In this document: positions 53,786 through 64,000 of the stretch, piece by piece
Numbering within the stretch: the first letter of the stretch is position 1
Layout of the letters: the number at the start of each line of letters is the position of its first letter
Assembly: GCA_976551045.1 (NCBI GenBank)
Contig: CDPCPM010000370.1
Coordinates: 2,852,001-2,916,000, forward strand
Reading direction: 5' to 3'
DNA length: 64,000 nucleotides
Source of the DNA: Glaucostegus cemiculus
Taxonomy: Eukaryota
The notes under the pieces: generated by a model
The model's input: the letters and a program-made list of their open reading frames with translations, nothing else
What the model was told of the DNA's origin: nothing
Databases searched by the model: none
Position numbers and translations under genes: made by a program

Positions 53786-55095
53786 GGTGTCTGGCTTCGT
53801 GCTTGATCGACAGGCAGATCACTTTCAAGAATTTCATTCCACTTGACCGATATTGCCGAATGAGGTTAGATCAGCGGCGCTTTTCACTTTGTCTCAGACA
53901 GAGGGCGTTGCCCTACTGTAGGATTGGCTGGTCGACGACTGAAACTCCCGGAGCACCAATCAAAATGGGCTATAACTAAGAGTCTACGTCTCCGGCTGTT
54001 ACCCCTTCTACTTATATGCCTTTGCCCTTCTGTCTTTCTATCTCTGTCTCCCTTTCTTTCGCTTTATTTCGCTCTCGACTATTTCATTTACCTTTTTTCC
54101 ACCAATACCCCGTTTCTCTCTCTCTCTCAATTTTCTTATTCTCCCAGCTCATATCTCCCTCTCTGCACTTCTATCCCTTTTAGCTCTCCTGGCAACTATG
54201 TATCCCACATCTCCCGACCATGAGTAAATTTAATTGTATGTTGCATGATCCATTTAACTACATCATGAATATAGATTATAAATAACTAGGACTACATCAG
54301 TGAATCTTCTGGCATCCACTAGTTATGCACTCTCGTTCTGGATATGAACCATTTATTTCCTACTTATTCTTTCCGTAAGTGAGCCAATCTCCAAGCCATA
54401 GAAATAGACGCCACGACAATTTGTATAAACTACTTCAGCAGTCTTCACTATGACACCTTCTCGAACGCTTTGAAGAAAAGTACAGATGCTGTGGCCCTTA
54501 ATATCCTCACTGTTACATCCTCAAGAAACTGCAGAAGGTCATCATAGTCATTTCTAGCAACCTGCTCATCCGGGATATATTTTTGCCGACAACAGGAGCG
54601 AAAGGGAACATTCAGCTGCCCCACAAATGTCTCGCAAAATTCCTATTTTACCGATGTGTACGACTTGATTTCAAGGGCAACTCCTCAGGCTCAGGTTCCT
54701 TTTATTACCCAGCGTCGCCCGTTTAACTGAATCACGTGAACTCGCTGCAACGTGTGGACGATCCTTCCATTTACACGGATAAGCGCGCCCTCTAGTGAGC
54801 ACTCGTTGCACCCCCGGGGCAGGAACAGAGGGATCGCATGGCATCTGGTTTCAGGCCCGATATCGAAGCAGATTACTTTCAAGGTTTATACAAAATGACC
54901 GATGACGGAGCATGAGATCAGTTCAGCGGCACCCTTTACTTTGTGAAAGACTGGAGGCGTTGCCCGGCAAGAGGATTGGTTGAAAACTCATAACTGAGTC
55001 AATCATTGCACCACAAAAATTCGGGTTGAATGTTTCTCTGGCAGTTTCTCCTGCTCGTTTCATTCAGTCCTCTCTTTCCATCTCTCTCCCTATGC

Positions 55096-55138
<43 letters not shown>

Positions 55139-55414
55139 CCCCACCAGTTTTTCTCTCTCCGATCACAATGTGCCTCCATTCAATTCGTCTCCTTTCCTTT
55201 ATTTTATATTCATCCCCATTTCTCTCTTTTCCTCTTATTTGTCGCTGTCTTTCTTGTTCTTCCTTTCTTTCTAATCTCTCTCTCATAACCCCTCCCTCTT
55301 TATCCTTCTCACATCTTCCTAAACCATATTTCACTGTATCATGCTGCATCGAGCCATCAGCTGAATCATCCTTATAATTTATGAGGCAAAACCATTTAAT
55401 TTCGGATCATCCCT

Positions 55415-55757
55415 CGGTAAACCACACCGAGCATTCTGGCGATCGTTCCATCTTTCCTCTGCGATAAAGTTTCAGCAAGTATTGTGGACGTCTCCCTCGA
55501 TGCTGTACGTACCAAAAAATACATGGATTGTTTGCCGAATAACTACACTTCAGTATTATGGAATGTCCTTCTTTTAACCGTTAACTCAGGATGATCCTGG
55601 ATCACTGAATCTTTCCCACTCATTCCTGCAACAAAAGACATAATGCATGAACAGCCCGGCCTTGCATGCATCCCACGGGACACATACCTGCCGTTTCCGC
55701 AGAAACTCACCGGGCAGCACGGCCAATATAATCAGTAAGGAAAAAAAGGGAACACAT
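55415..55757 (-). pseudogene. V pseudogene, 3'-truncated (no second Cys, no RSS)
   Basis: Leader is 47 nt (+1 in an A run) and FR1 has a frameshift. The WYVQHR motif is visible; the exon breaks off after the RF motif at ~55415. Confidence 0.82.
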
Positions 55758-56199
55758 GGTGTCTGGCTTCAGGATCAATGAAATCTTTCAAGAATTTAAC
55801 ACCACTTAACTGGAGTTGGAGAATGTGGTCACATCAGCGGCCCCTTCATTTTGTGTGAGTCTGGGGGCGTTGCCCTACTAAAGGATTGGCTGGTAAATCA
55901 GATCTGAGCACCAATCAGAATGGGCTTTGGTTTTGATTGACTCTCTGTCTCTTCATATTCCATTCTCTTTAACACTTACACACGCAAATCTCTCTTTCGC
56001 ACAGACAAGTCTCTATGTCACACGCAGACACACATCTCTCTCTCTTTCACACATACAGACATCTCTATCACCAACACACCCGTGTCTATAACACACACAC
56101 ATGCACATATAAAAACACTTACACGCAAACACCTGCCTCTCTCCCCACTGCCCGTCACCTTCTCACAACTTGCTCGCCCACATGCCACGTTATCATCCG

Positions 56200-56700
56200 C
56201 ATATTCCATTACATGCCGCATTGGAAATCATCGGTACACGTTAAAGGTAACTGACACAACACCATTGACCCCTGTGGAATCCTACTGGTTCATCCAAAGA
56301 CTACCCATTCATTCCTGTGCCCTGTTTCCCCCAGAGAGCCAACCTCAGATCCATGCCAATAAACTTCCACTGAATATCAATCTTGAGCGGAGACCTTTCG
56401 GGTGACATCTTATCGAATGATTCCAACCAATGTAAACAGTTTGTATCTCCATTTTCCCTCTGAACCTCACTGCTATCTCCTCGGGGAACGCTAGCAAAGT
56501 GTTTAGAGATCTTTTCCATCAAAGTTCTGAACAGTGAAATTTTATTGGAAACAGAAAGAAAGGGAGATGTCGTGATGTCCCAGAAATGCTTTGCAAAATG
56601 TGTACCACCATGAAGGTGTTGGATTCAGGAAAGGTACCCCAATTTTGTGCGAGTTTTGTTGCCTAGTGCATTCCTCTTAAGTGGGGAATGGTTTTCTTGT
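56200..56700 (-). mobile_element. Decayed CR1/L2-clade LINE RT fragment
   Basis: SFDKMSPERSPLKI...LWGKQGTGMNG resembles AFDKVPHERLL.KI...L.GRKQRVGING. Confidence 0.65.
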
Positions 56701-56786
56701 GCGGCCTCCAGATTTCCCGGCGAAAGGTGCCCTCTAGTGAAAGGGTCGGTCTATATTTGGACCCGCCGTACTCCTACAACAGTGTT

Positions 56787-57135
56787 GGGTTTCGTGGCAC
56801 AAAGGTACACGGCGGAGTCCCACACCAGAGGTGTTTCAACGTGGCATAATTCTGACACTCGGCCAAGCAGCGGACAACCCAGCTCGGCATTACAAAGACC
56901 TGTCCATCTTCCCTGCGCTATTTATTCTCATCAAGTATCCTGGAGATTTGCTGCGATGCTGAATGTACACCAAGTAATATCCCTACTGACGCTCGTGTAA
57001 GTGCTGTTCCGTATTATTGTCTGTCATTCCTTATCCGTTAATACAGGATGCTCCTGGGGCATTAACTCGTTCATTCCCGAAACTGCAATAAAGGACAAAA
57101 TGTATAAACAGTCCGGACTTGCGTTCAGCCCACAC
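56787..57135 (-). pseudogene. Degenerate V pseudogene, leader lost
   Basis: DSAVYLCAT remnant, decayed heptamer at 56780-56786 and intron acceptor at ~57083. The upstream part is replaced by unrelated sequence. Confidence 0.75.
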
Positions 57136-57396
57136 TGGGAAAGTAATACCTCCGGACTAGTGCCGTGGTTTCTAAATTTCTGGGTGGCTGCTCCATTCTC
57201 CGGGCAAGAGCGCCTTCTGGCGAGCCCACTCTTCAATTCTCAAAATGGATATTATTACCCAGAGAAAGTTGAGCCACATGTTGGTAGTGATGGTCAGGAG
57301 AGAGGGGAGATGGGCATTGGTGAGACAGGAGTCAGGGGTCATTGGTGGACTGAGGTGGGTGGACTGAGAAATAGTGAAATATCTCAGGTATATTAA

Positions 57397-57466
<70 letters not shown>

Positions 57467-57489
57467 CACGTCCCTGTTCTGAGCCACGC

Positions 57490-57790
57490 CTGCGCATTAA
57501 CCCTTTATGAGTTACGTTTTTGAATGCTTTCTCGAAATGCAGAGACACAGTATCTCCGGGTTCTCCTTTATCGTCGACATTACGTCCTAAAGGACCAGTA
57601 ACAACGGGGAAAGGGGCAATCGAGGTGTCCAGGAAAGGCGTTGTCATGCGCTTATGCGCTTATTGCTTCCTGTCGGTACTGTGTCCAACAACAGTTCGTC
57701 AAGCTTATGTTACGTTTGTTGCTGAGTGTCGACCTCTTAAATGGAGCAGGTGTCCCTCACTGAATGGTGTGTGCGTCCCTTCCAGTTTCC
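57490..57790 (-). mobile_element. Decayed CR1/L2-clade LINE RT fragment
   Basis: NVDDKGEPGDTVSLHFEKAFKNVTHKGLM resembles VDKGEPVDVVYLDFQKAFDKVPHKRLL. Confidence 0.78.
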
Positions 57791-57865
57791 CCCCTCAACG
57801 CGCCCTCGAGTGAGCGCTCTTTGCGCCGAATATTGTAAGGATACGTCACTCCCTGCAACAATGTG

Positions 57866-58239
57866 GTGTCCATGCCCCAGAGATGCACGATGGAGTCCGG
57901 CACAAAACCCAGGAGATATGCTGCCCCCCCCCCCTTGCTGTCGTTGTGCAAAGCAGCGGTAAACTCCACTGCACATTCTGGAATCCGTTCCATCCTTCCT
58001 GACTTCTCATGTATTTTGGAGATTCTACACGATGCTGAATTTATCAACAATTATATGCAATGTATGTTGAGTGACTACACTTCAGTTTTATGGTCTGTCC
58101 TTTAACCGTTAGTACAGGAGCGTCCTGCGATAAGCAACAGGTTCTGTGAACAGTCCGTCCTGCCACTGAACCCACGGGACACACATTGATCACCGGGCAG
58201 GACGGCTATTGTAATCAGTAAGGAAGAGTGGGAGCACAT
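57866..58239 (-). pseudogene. Degenerate V pseudogene
   Basis: Leader at 58194-58239, ERIPECA..FTAAL remnant and heptamer CACATTG at 57859-57865. Contains multiple indels. Confidence 0.75.
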
Positions 58240-59055
58240 GGTGTCTGGCTTCAGAATAGATCGAAAGCCAGAGAGCTTTCAATAAGTCAATACATCTTCG
58301 CCGCTACTGGAGAATGAGATCACATCAGTGGCACCTTCCTCTTTGTGTAAGCGTGGGGGCGTTATCCTGCCATAGGACCGTCTGTTAAATCAGGACTCAC
58401 CCTATTGGTGCACCAGTAAAGTGGGGTCTTGTGCAATTCATCTCTCTGCATATTCAAATTCCCTTTATATTCCGGTCTCTCTCTCACACGCGAACATGCG
58501 CACATGACCCTTTCTCTCGCACTCTTTCCATCCGCCTCTCTCTTTCCTTGTTTCTCCCTTCCTGCCCCTACCTCTAGCTCCCCCTCTCTTTCTCCCTCTC
58601 TCTTCCCTTCAATATGTCTATTCTACCTCTTGAAGTAACCTCTATAGTGACCTCCTATCGAATGATTTTCATCTCTACAGTACTTGCATCTCTAGTTTTC
58701 CCGTCACCCTCACTGCAACGTGTTCAAGAAACTCTAACAAACTGGTGGAAGACGAATTAAAGCAACCTTGACAACGGCACGTGGTTTTGTAGGCAATAGT
58801 GGGGGAAGGACTTCGAGATGTCCCGGATATCAGTTGCAAAGTTCCCATTTGAGGTACGATTTGAAGACAAGGATAATTCCACATCTGCGACGGGTTTTGG
58901 TGATGAATGTCACTCTCTTAAATACACCGTGTGATCCGCATTGTTTGCTGTTTGAACCTTCAGGAGCCCAGGCGCAAAGCGCCCTCTAGTGAGCGTTCAT
59001 TGTCACACCCAGAGCAAGTTTTTGTCCGGACCCGCCATCTGCCTGCAACAGTGTG

Positions 59056-59499
59056 AGTCTCGTAGCACAGAGATACACGGCGGAGTCCGACACAACAGCC
59101 CCGGAGATATAAAAGTGAGCTCTCTTGCTGTCTTTCTCTAAGTCCGCGGTAAACCTCCGCGGACATTCTGGAGGCCGTTCCATCTGTCCTCCGCTAAAAA
59201 CCTTCAGCAAGTATTTGGGAGATTCCGTGCCATGTTGAATGTACCAAAATATATTTGCACCAGCTGTGGTGAAACTACAGTTCAATATTATGCTCTGTCC
59301 TTCCTCAACCGTTAATTCTGGAGGCTCCTGCGTCACGGAATCTTGCCCATTGGTTTCTGCAATAAATGAGAAAGTGAATGAATAGCCCGAGCTTACATTG
59401 GACCGATGAGACGCACACTGGCGGTGTTGTCAGAGACTCACCGGGCAGCACGGCCAATACAATCAGTAAGGAACAAAGGCAACACACGGAGTCTGGCAT
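59056..59499 (-). CDS. TRAV: V segment V20 (divergent subgroup), open. Usual ATG is GTG; upstream in-frame ATG at 59499. V exon 59056-59356
   Basis: Leader MPDSVCCLCSLLIVLAVLP, intron 59357-59441. RSS heptamer at 59049-59055, 23 nt, ACAAAAACT at 59017-59025. Confidence 0.85.
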
Positions 59500-60169
59500 C
59501 TGGCTTGGTCGAAAGGCGGATTACTTTCAAGAAGTTAAAACTGCTTGACAGATATTGGAGAATGAGGTCAGATCAGCGACACGCTTCACTTTTTGTAAAG
59601 CTCGGGGTGTTGCCTTGCTAAATGATTGGCTGTTAGATGACTGAAGCTGCCAGCGCACCAATCAGAATGGGCTCCGGCTCTTTATCCCTCCCTGAGTGTT
59701 TCTCCTTCTCGTTATATTCAGTTCTCACTCATTTTCCGTTCAATCTCTCTTTGTTTCACTCTCTTTCTCTAACCTCTGTCGTCCTCTGTGCCTTAATCTT
59801 TTTTTCTCTTTTTTCCCTCTCTCTATAAATGTATACGATTTTCTTTCTCTCGAATGCAATCAGAATGGGCTTCATTTCAATTCTGTTTTTCGTTTTATAT
59901 TTCCATCTGTCTCTCCGGTTCTGTCTCCTCCTCTGATCTGTCTCCTTCTTTCTCTTCCCTGGCATCTTATCTTTTTCTCTGCATCTCTCTAATTATCCCT
60001 CTATCTAGCACCCGTCACAACGTGCTGGCTGATGCTGGGTGTCACCCGGCTAAGAGGAACACATAACGGTCGGAGTTACGCCGCTCAACGCACACTCTCA
60101 TAAGCGCTCATTGCAACTCCAAGGGCAGCGTCCTGGGCCGGAAACGCCGTAAGCCCCCACAACAGTGTG

Positions 60170-60360
60170 CGTTCCGTGGCACAGAGGTACACGGCAGAGG
60201 TTGACACAAGAGGCAGGGTGATCCTTGAATGAGCATTTTACTGTCTTTCTGCAAATCTCACTGGGCATTCTGGAGGCCGATCCATCCTTTCGTTATGAAT
60301 CGTCAACAAGTATTTTGGAGTCTGCCCGCGATGATGAATGTACCAAACAATATCTGCAAT
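60170..60360 (-). pseudogene. 5'-truncated V fragment
   Basis: IVWYIHHRGQTPKYLL..RPPECPVRF and SAVYLCAT remnants, heptamer at 60163-60169. No leader and no nonamer. Confidence 0.8.
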
Positions 60361-60560
60361 CTCTAGGCCTAATCCTAAATTTAAAAAACGATTCCACAAG
60401 CTTGGGCGACTTTGTGGTTGGGTGTCGCCCTCTGAAATGCAGCCCATGACCCTCACTCATGTGTCTGTTCCTCCTTTGTGGTTCCCCACTGAGCGCGCCC
60501 TCTTTGCAATATCCAGGGCGCGGTTTTTGTCTGCATCCGCCATCGCCCTGAAACAGTGTG

Positions 60561-60992
60561 GGGTCCATAGCACAGAGATAAACCGCGGAATCCGATACCA
60601 GACCTTTGGAGATATTTAAATTAGCCATTTTGATGTTTTTCTGCAAAGCAGCAGTAAACCTTGCCGAGCATTCTGGAGACCGTTCCATAGTTCCTGAGCT
60701 GTAGAGCTTCATCAGGTATTGTGGACCTCCCTCTCGATGCTGAATATACCAAAAAATATTGCTATTGTCTATCGAGTAACTACAGTTCAGTATTATGGTC
60801 TGCCCTTCCTCAACCGTTAATTCAGGAGGGTCCTGGGTCACTGAATCTTTCCCACTTGTTTCTGCAATAAAAGATAGAATGTATGAACAGCCCGGCCTTG
60901 CATCTAACCCACGGGACACACACCGACCGTTTTCGCAGGGACTCACCGGGCAGCACAGCCAATATAATTAGTAACGAACAGGTGGAGCACAT
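60561..60992 (-). CDS. TRAV: V segment V21 (divergent subgroup), intact. Leader 60947-60992, V exon 60561-60861
   Basis: Leader MCSTCSLLIILAVLP; V includes LNCSYSIDNSNIFWYIQ..YLCAMDP. RSS heptamer at 60554-60560, 23 nt, nonamer at 60522-60530. Confidence 0.92.
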
Positions 60993-61472
60993 GGTGTCTG
61001 GCTTCAGGCTCGAATAAATCATTCAAGAATTTAAAACACTTCGAGAATGAGATCAGATCAGCGACACGTTCATTTTCAGTGTGGCCGGAGGCGTGGCCAC
61101 AGTAAAGGATTGGCTGATGAAAGAGAAATGTGCACCAATCAGAATGGGTTTTGGTTTTGATTGTCTCCCGNNNNNNNNNNNNNNNNNNNNNNNNNNNNNN
61201 NNNNNNNNNNNNNNNNNNNNNNNNNNNNNNNNNNNNNNNNNNNNNNNNNNNNNNNNNNNNNNNNNNNNNNNNNNNNNNNNNNNNNNNNNNNNNNNNNNNN
61301 NCCCACACACACGAACACATCTCTCTCTCTCAGAAACTTGTTTCTACTGTGTGCGATCCTCTTATATATGCACTAGTTTGCGTGTGCGCCCCTCCAGTAT
61401 TCCCGGCATGAGGCGCCCTCTAGTGAAAGGGTCGGTTTCTCTCCGGTTCAGCCGTCTCCCTGCAACAGTGTG

Positions 61473-61860
61473 GGCTCCATGGCACAGAGGTTCACGACGG
61501 AGTCTCACAACAGAGATGTTTCAACGAGGCATCCCTCTGACGTTCCACCAAGCAGCGGACAAACCTGCCGGGCATTCTGTAGACCTGTCCATCTTCCCTG
61601 AGCTATTTATTCCCATCAAGTATCCTGGAGATTAGCCGCGATGCTGAATGTACCAAACCGCATATCCACTGCCGCTTGTGTAACTGCAGTTCAGTGTTAT
61701 GGTCTGTACGTTAACACAGGAGGCTCCCGGATCACTAAATAGTCCCCACCCGTTCCTGCAATTTAGAACAGAATGTATAGACAGCCCGGACTTGCTTTCA
61801 CCCCACGGGACACACGCGGGGTAACTTCGCAGTGAATAACTGGGCAGCAGGGCCTTATTT
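61473..61860 (-). pseudogene. V pseudogene with deletions, stop codon and broken leader
   Basis: TLNCSYTSGSGYAVWYIQHRG followed by a stop. Heptamer at 61466-61472, degenerate nonamer at 61434-61442. Confidence 0.82.
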
Positions 61861-62758
61861 GTCTCCCCTACTCTTTGTATGTCGTTCTCTTTACCTAAAG
61901 GAGCCAAAACAAAAGGAGCACCAATCAGAATGCTCTTTTGTTCAATCTTCGGAGCCAGTCTACCAGCTCAAAATCTCTCTCCCTCTCTCTCTCCCTCTGT
62001 CTATCCCATTCACCCTATCTTCTTTCTGTCGCTTTCTTTCTCTCTCTCCCTCTCTCCTCTCTCTCTCTCTCTCCTCCTAACCTTCCGAACCATCTGTCGC
62101 TAACCATTCCAAAATCTGACATTAATATTCATTAATCTATATCTGTAATACTGTAATATAGAGTAGATTATAACCATTTGACGCAACAACATTGAGTCTT
62201 CCGGCATCCCATTTGTTATTCACTGTCAAAACGAAAGTGATAACGTCAATGAAAATGAATCATCCATTTATCCCCCATTCTTTATTTTCCAACGGGGCGA
62301 CAATCTTCCATCGGCGCCAATAGACTGCATCTGAAATGTTTACCTCTACTGTAACCTTTAGTGTGACACCTGATCTAATGTTTGCTGGAATTGTGAAGGC
62401 CCTGTGTCTACAGTTTCTCCTTGATCCTCAATATTACACCTCAATGATACCTACAGCGTGGTCAAAGACGAATCGTGCCAACGTTGTCCACGGGGACAAA
62501 GGTCATCGATGTGTTTGGGCAATGTTTTGCCAAGTTCATACTTGTACGTAGAGGTCCGAAGTAAATTCAGCAATGATTCCTCAAGCTTGGACGACTTTCT
62601 TGTTGCGTGCCGCATTCTAAAATAGGACAAGTGACCCTCGCTGATTTATGTGTGCGTCCCTTATGGTTTCTCCGATAAGCGCGCCCTCTAGTGAGCGGTT
62701 TTTGCAGTATCCCGGGCCCGGTTTTTGTCCGGGACCGCCATCACCCGGCAACAGTGTG

Positions 62759-63190
62759 GGCTCCACGGCACAGAGGTACACGGCGGACTCCGATACAAGA
62801 GCTTGGGAGATATTTAAATGAACCATCTTGATGTCTTTCAGCCAAGCAGCGGTAAACCTCACCGGGCATTCTGGAGCCCGTTCCATCTTTTCTGCACTTA
62901 AGAGCTTTAGCAGGTATTGTGGACCCCTGCCTCGATGTTGAATGTACCAATAAATATATCGAATGGTTGTTGAGTAACTACAGTTCAGCATTATGGTCTG
63001 TCCTTCCTCGGCCATTAATTCAGGAGGGTCCTGGGTCACTGAATCTTTCCCACTCGTTCCTGCAATAAAAGAAAGAATGTATGAACAGCCCGGCCTTGCA
63101 TCTAACCCACGGGACACACAACGGCCGTTTTCGCCGAGACTCACCGGACAGCACGGCCAATATAATCAGCAGGAAACAGAGGGAACACAT
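62759..63190 (-). CDS. TRAV: V segment V23 (divergent subgroup, V21-like), intact. Leader 63145-63190, V exon 62759-63059
   Basis: Intact frame LNCSYSTTIRYIYWYIQ..YLCAVEP. RSS heptamer at 62752-62758, 23 nt, nonamer at 62720-62728. Confidence 0.92.
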
Positions 63191-63877
63191 GGTGACTGGT
63201 TTCAGCCTCGATAAAATATTTCAAAAATTTAACACCACTTCACCGATGTTGGAGAATGAGATCAGATCAGCGGTAGCTTCATTTTGTGTGAGACTGGGGG
63301 CGTTGCCCTGCTAAAGGATTGGTTGTTAAATGAAAACTGAGCACCAGTCAGAATGGGACTGGGTTCACTTTGTCTCTCTGTCTCTTCATATTCCCGACAC
63401 TTTCACACTCACACACTATCTCTCCCTCTCACACACACATCTCCCACTCACTCTCACAGGCACAGCTCTCTCTCGCACACTCTCGCCTCTGCTACATTGA
63501 CACACACACATTTCCCCATCACACACACACACACATCTCTCTCTTATGCACACATCTATCTCTTTCACACACATATTCCCGCTCCACACACACACATATT
63601 TCTCTCGCTTCTGTCCATCAACGTTCCCAACAGTGAAATGATGTTAGAGACAGAATGGAAAGGGGACATGAGGTGTCACAGAAAATGTGCACCTCCAGCA
63701 AGGAGTTGTATTCAGGAACTGTTCCTCAATCTCGGGCGAGTGCTTTATTTACTGAGTGCGCTCCTCTTATGTCGGAAGTGGATTGCGCGTGCGCTCCTGC
63801 AGGTTACCCGGCAAAAGGCGCCCTCTAGTGAAATGGGCGGTTTCTGTCTGCAACCGCCATCTCCCTGCCACAGCGTG

Positions 63878-64000
63878 GGACAGCGGAGATGTTTCAATAA
63901 GGCACCTTTCTGACTTTCTGCCAAACTGCGGATAGCACAGCTGGACAGTAGGGAAACCTGTCCATCTTCCTCGTGTTATGTATTCCCATCGTGATTTCTT
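63878..64000 (-). pseudogene. 3' end of a degenerate V pseudogene, cut by the window edge
   Basis: RSS-like CACGCTG at 63871-63877, 23 nt, ACAGAAACC at 63839-63847. Similar to the pseudogene at 61473; the YLC region is deleted. Confidence 0.65.

Noticed and set aside
255-55005. CRISPR-like or active transposon array interpretation of the periodic repeats
   Set aside because: The units are kb-scale diverged duplicates of a vertebrate V cassette, with no short repeat-spacer structure and no intact transposase or RT ORF.
1181-63190. IgH, IgNAR or NAR-TCR supporting-V identity
   Set aside because: The frameworks (SVTQ, LNCSY, IFWY.Q, DSAVYLCA) are TCR alpha/delta-like, every intact V has its own leader, and no interspersed D/J segments or Ig octamer are seen. 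Alpha versus delta usage cannot be resolved from this window.
1-64000. The many 60-220 aa ORFs in the track (Leu/Ser/Phe-rich, ERER-rich, or antisense to V exons)
   Set aside because: They are translations of CT/GA microsatellites, N gaps, alternative frames of V exons or decayed LINE, and their frames are not conserved among paralogs.

Overview
Jawed-vertebrate antigen-receptor variable-gene cluster. It holds T-cell receptor alpha/delta-type V segments (TRAV/TRDV-like), all on the minus strand. Each has a 46-nt leader exon, an 84-85 nt intron, a ~300-nt V exon and a 23-bp-spacer RSS. I count 18 V segments with open V exons (three with splice or RSS anomalies), 7 V pseudogenes or fragments and 3 leader-only relics; no D, J or C segments are visible. 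A cartilaginous fish is plausible (compact V genes, CR1-type LINE decay), but that is inference. The whole window is a tandem array of one ~1.1-1.7 kb cassette, which on the + strand reads: decayed CR1/L2-type RT fragment, CTCF-like motif, RSS-V-leader, CRE/CCAAT promoter, CT microsatellite. About 28 copies are 'empty': RSS, V exon and intron are deleted but the promoter, a leader stub and usually the CTCF motif remain. This gives about 50 co-oriented CTCF-like motifs, one ~25 bp beyond almost every RSS nonamer, apparently at the edge of or within LINE-derived DNA. All counts and alignments were made by eye.
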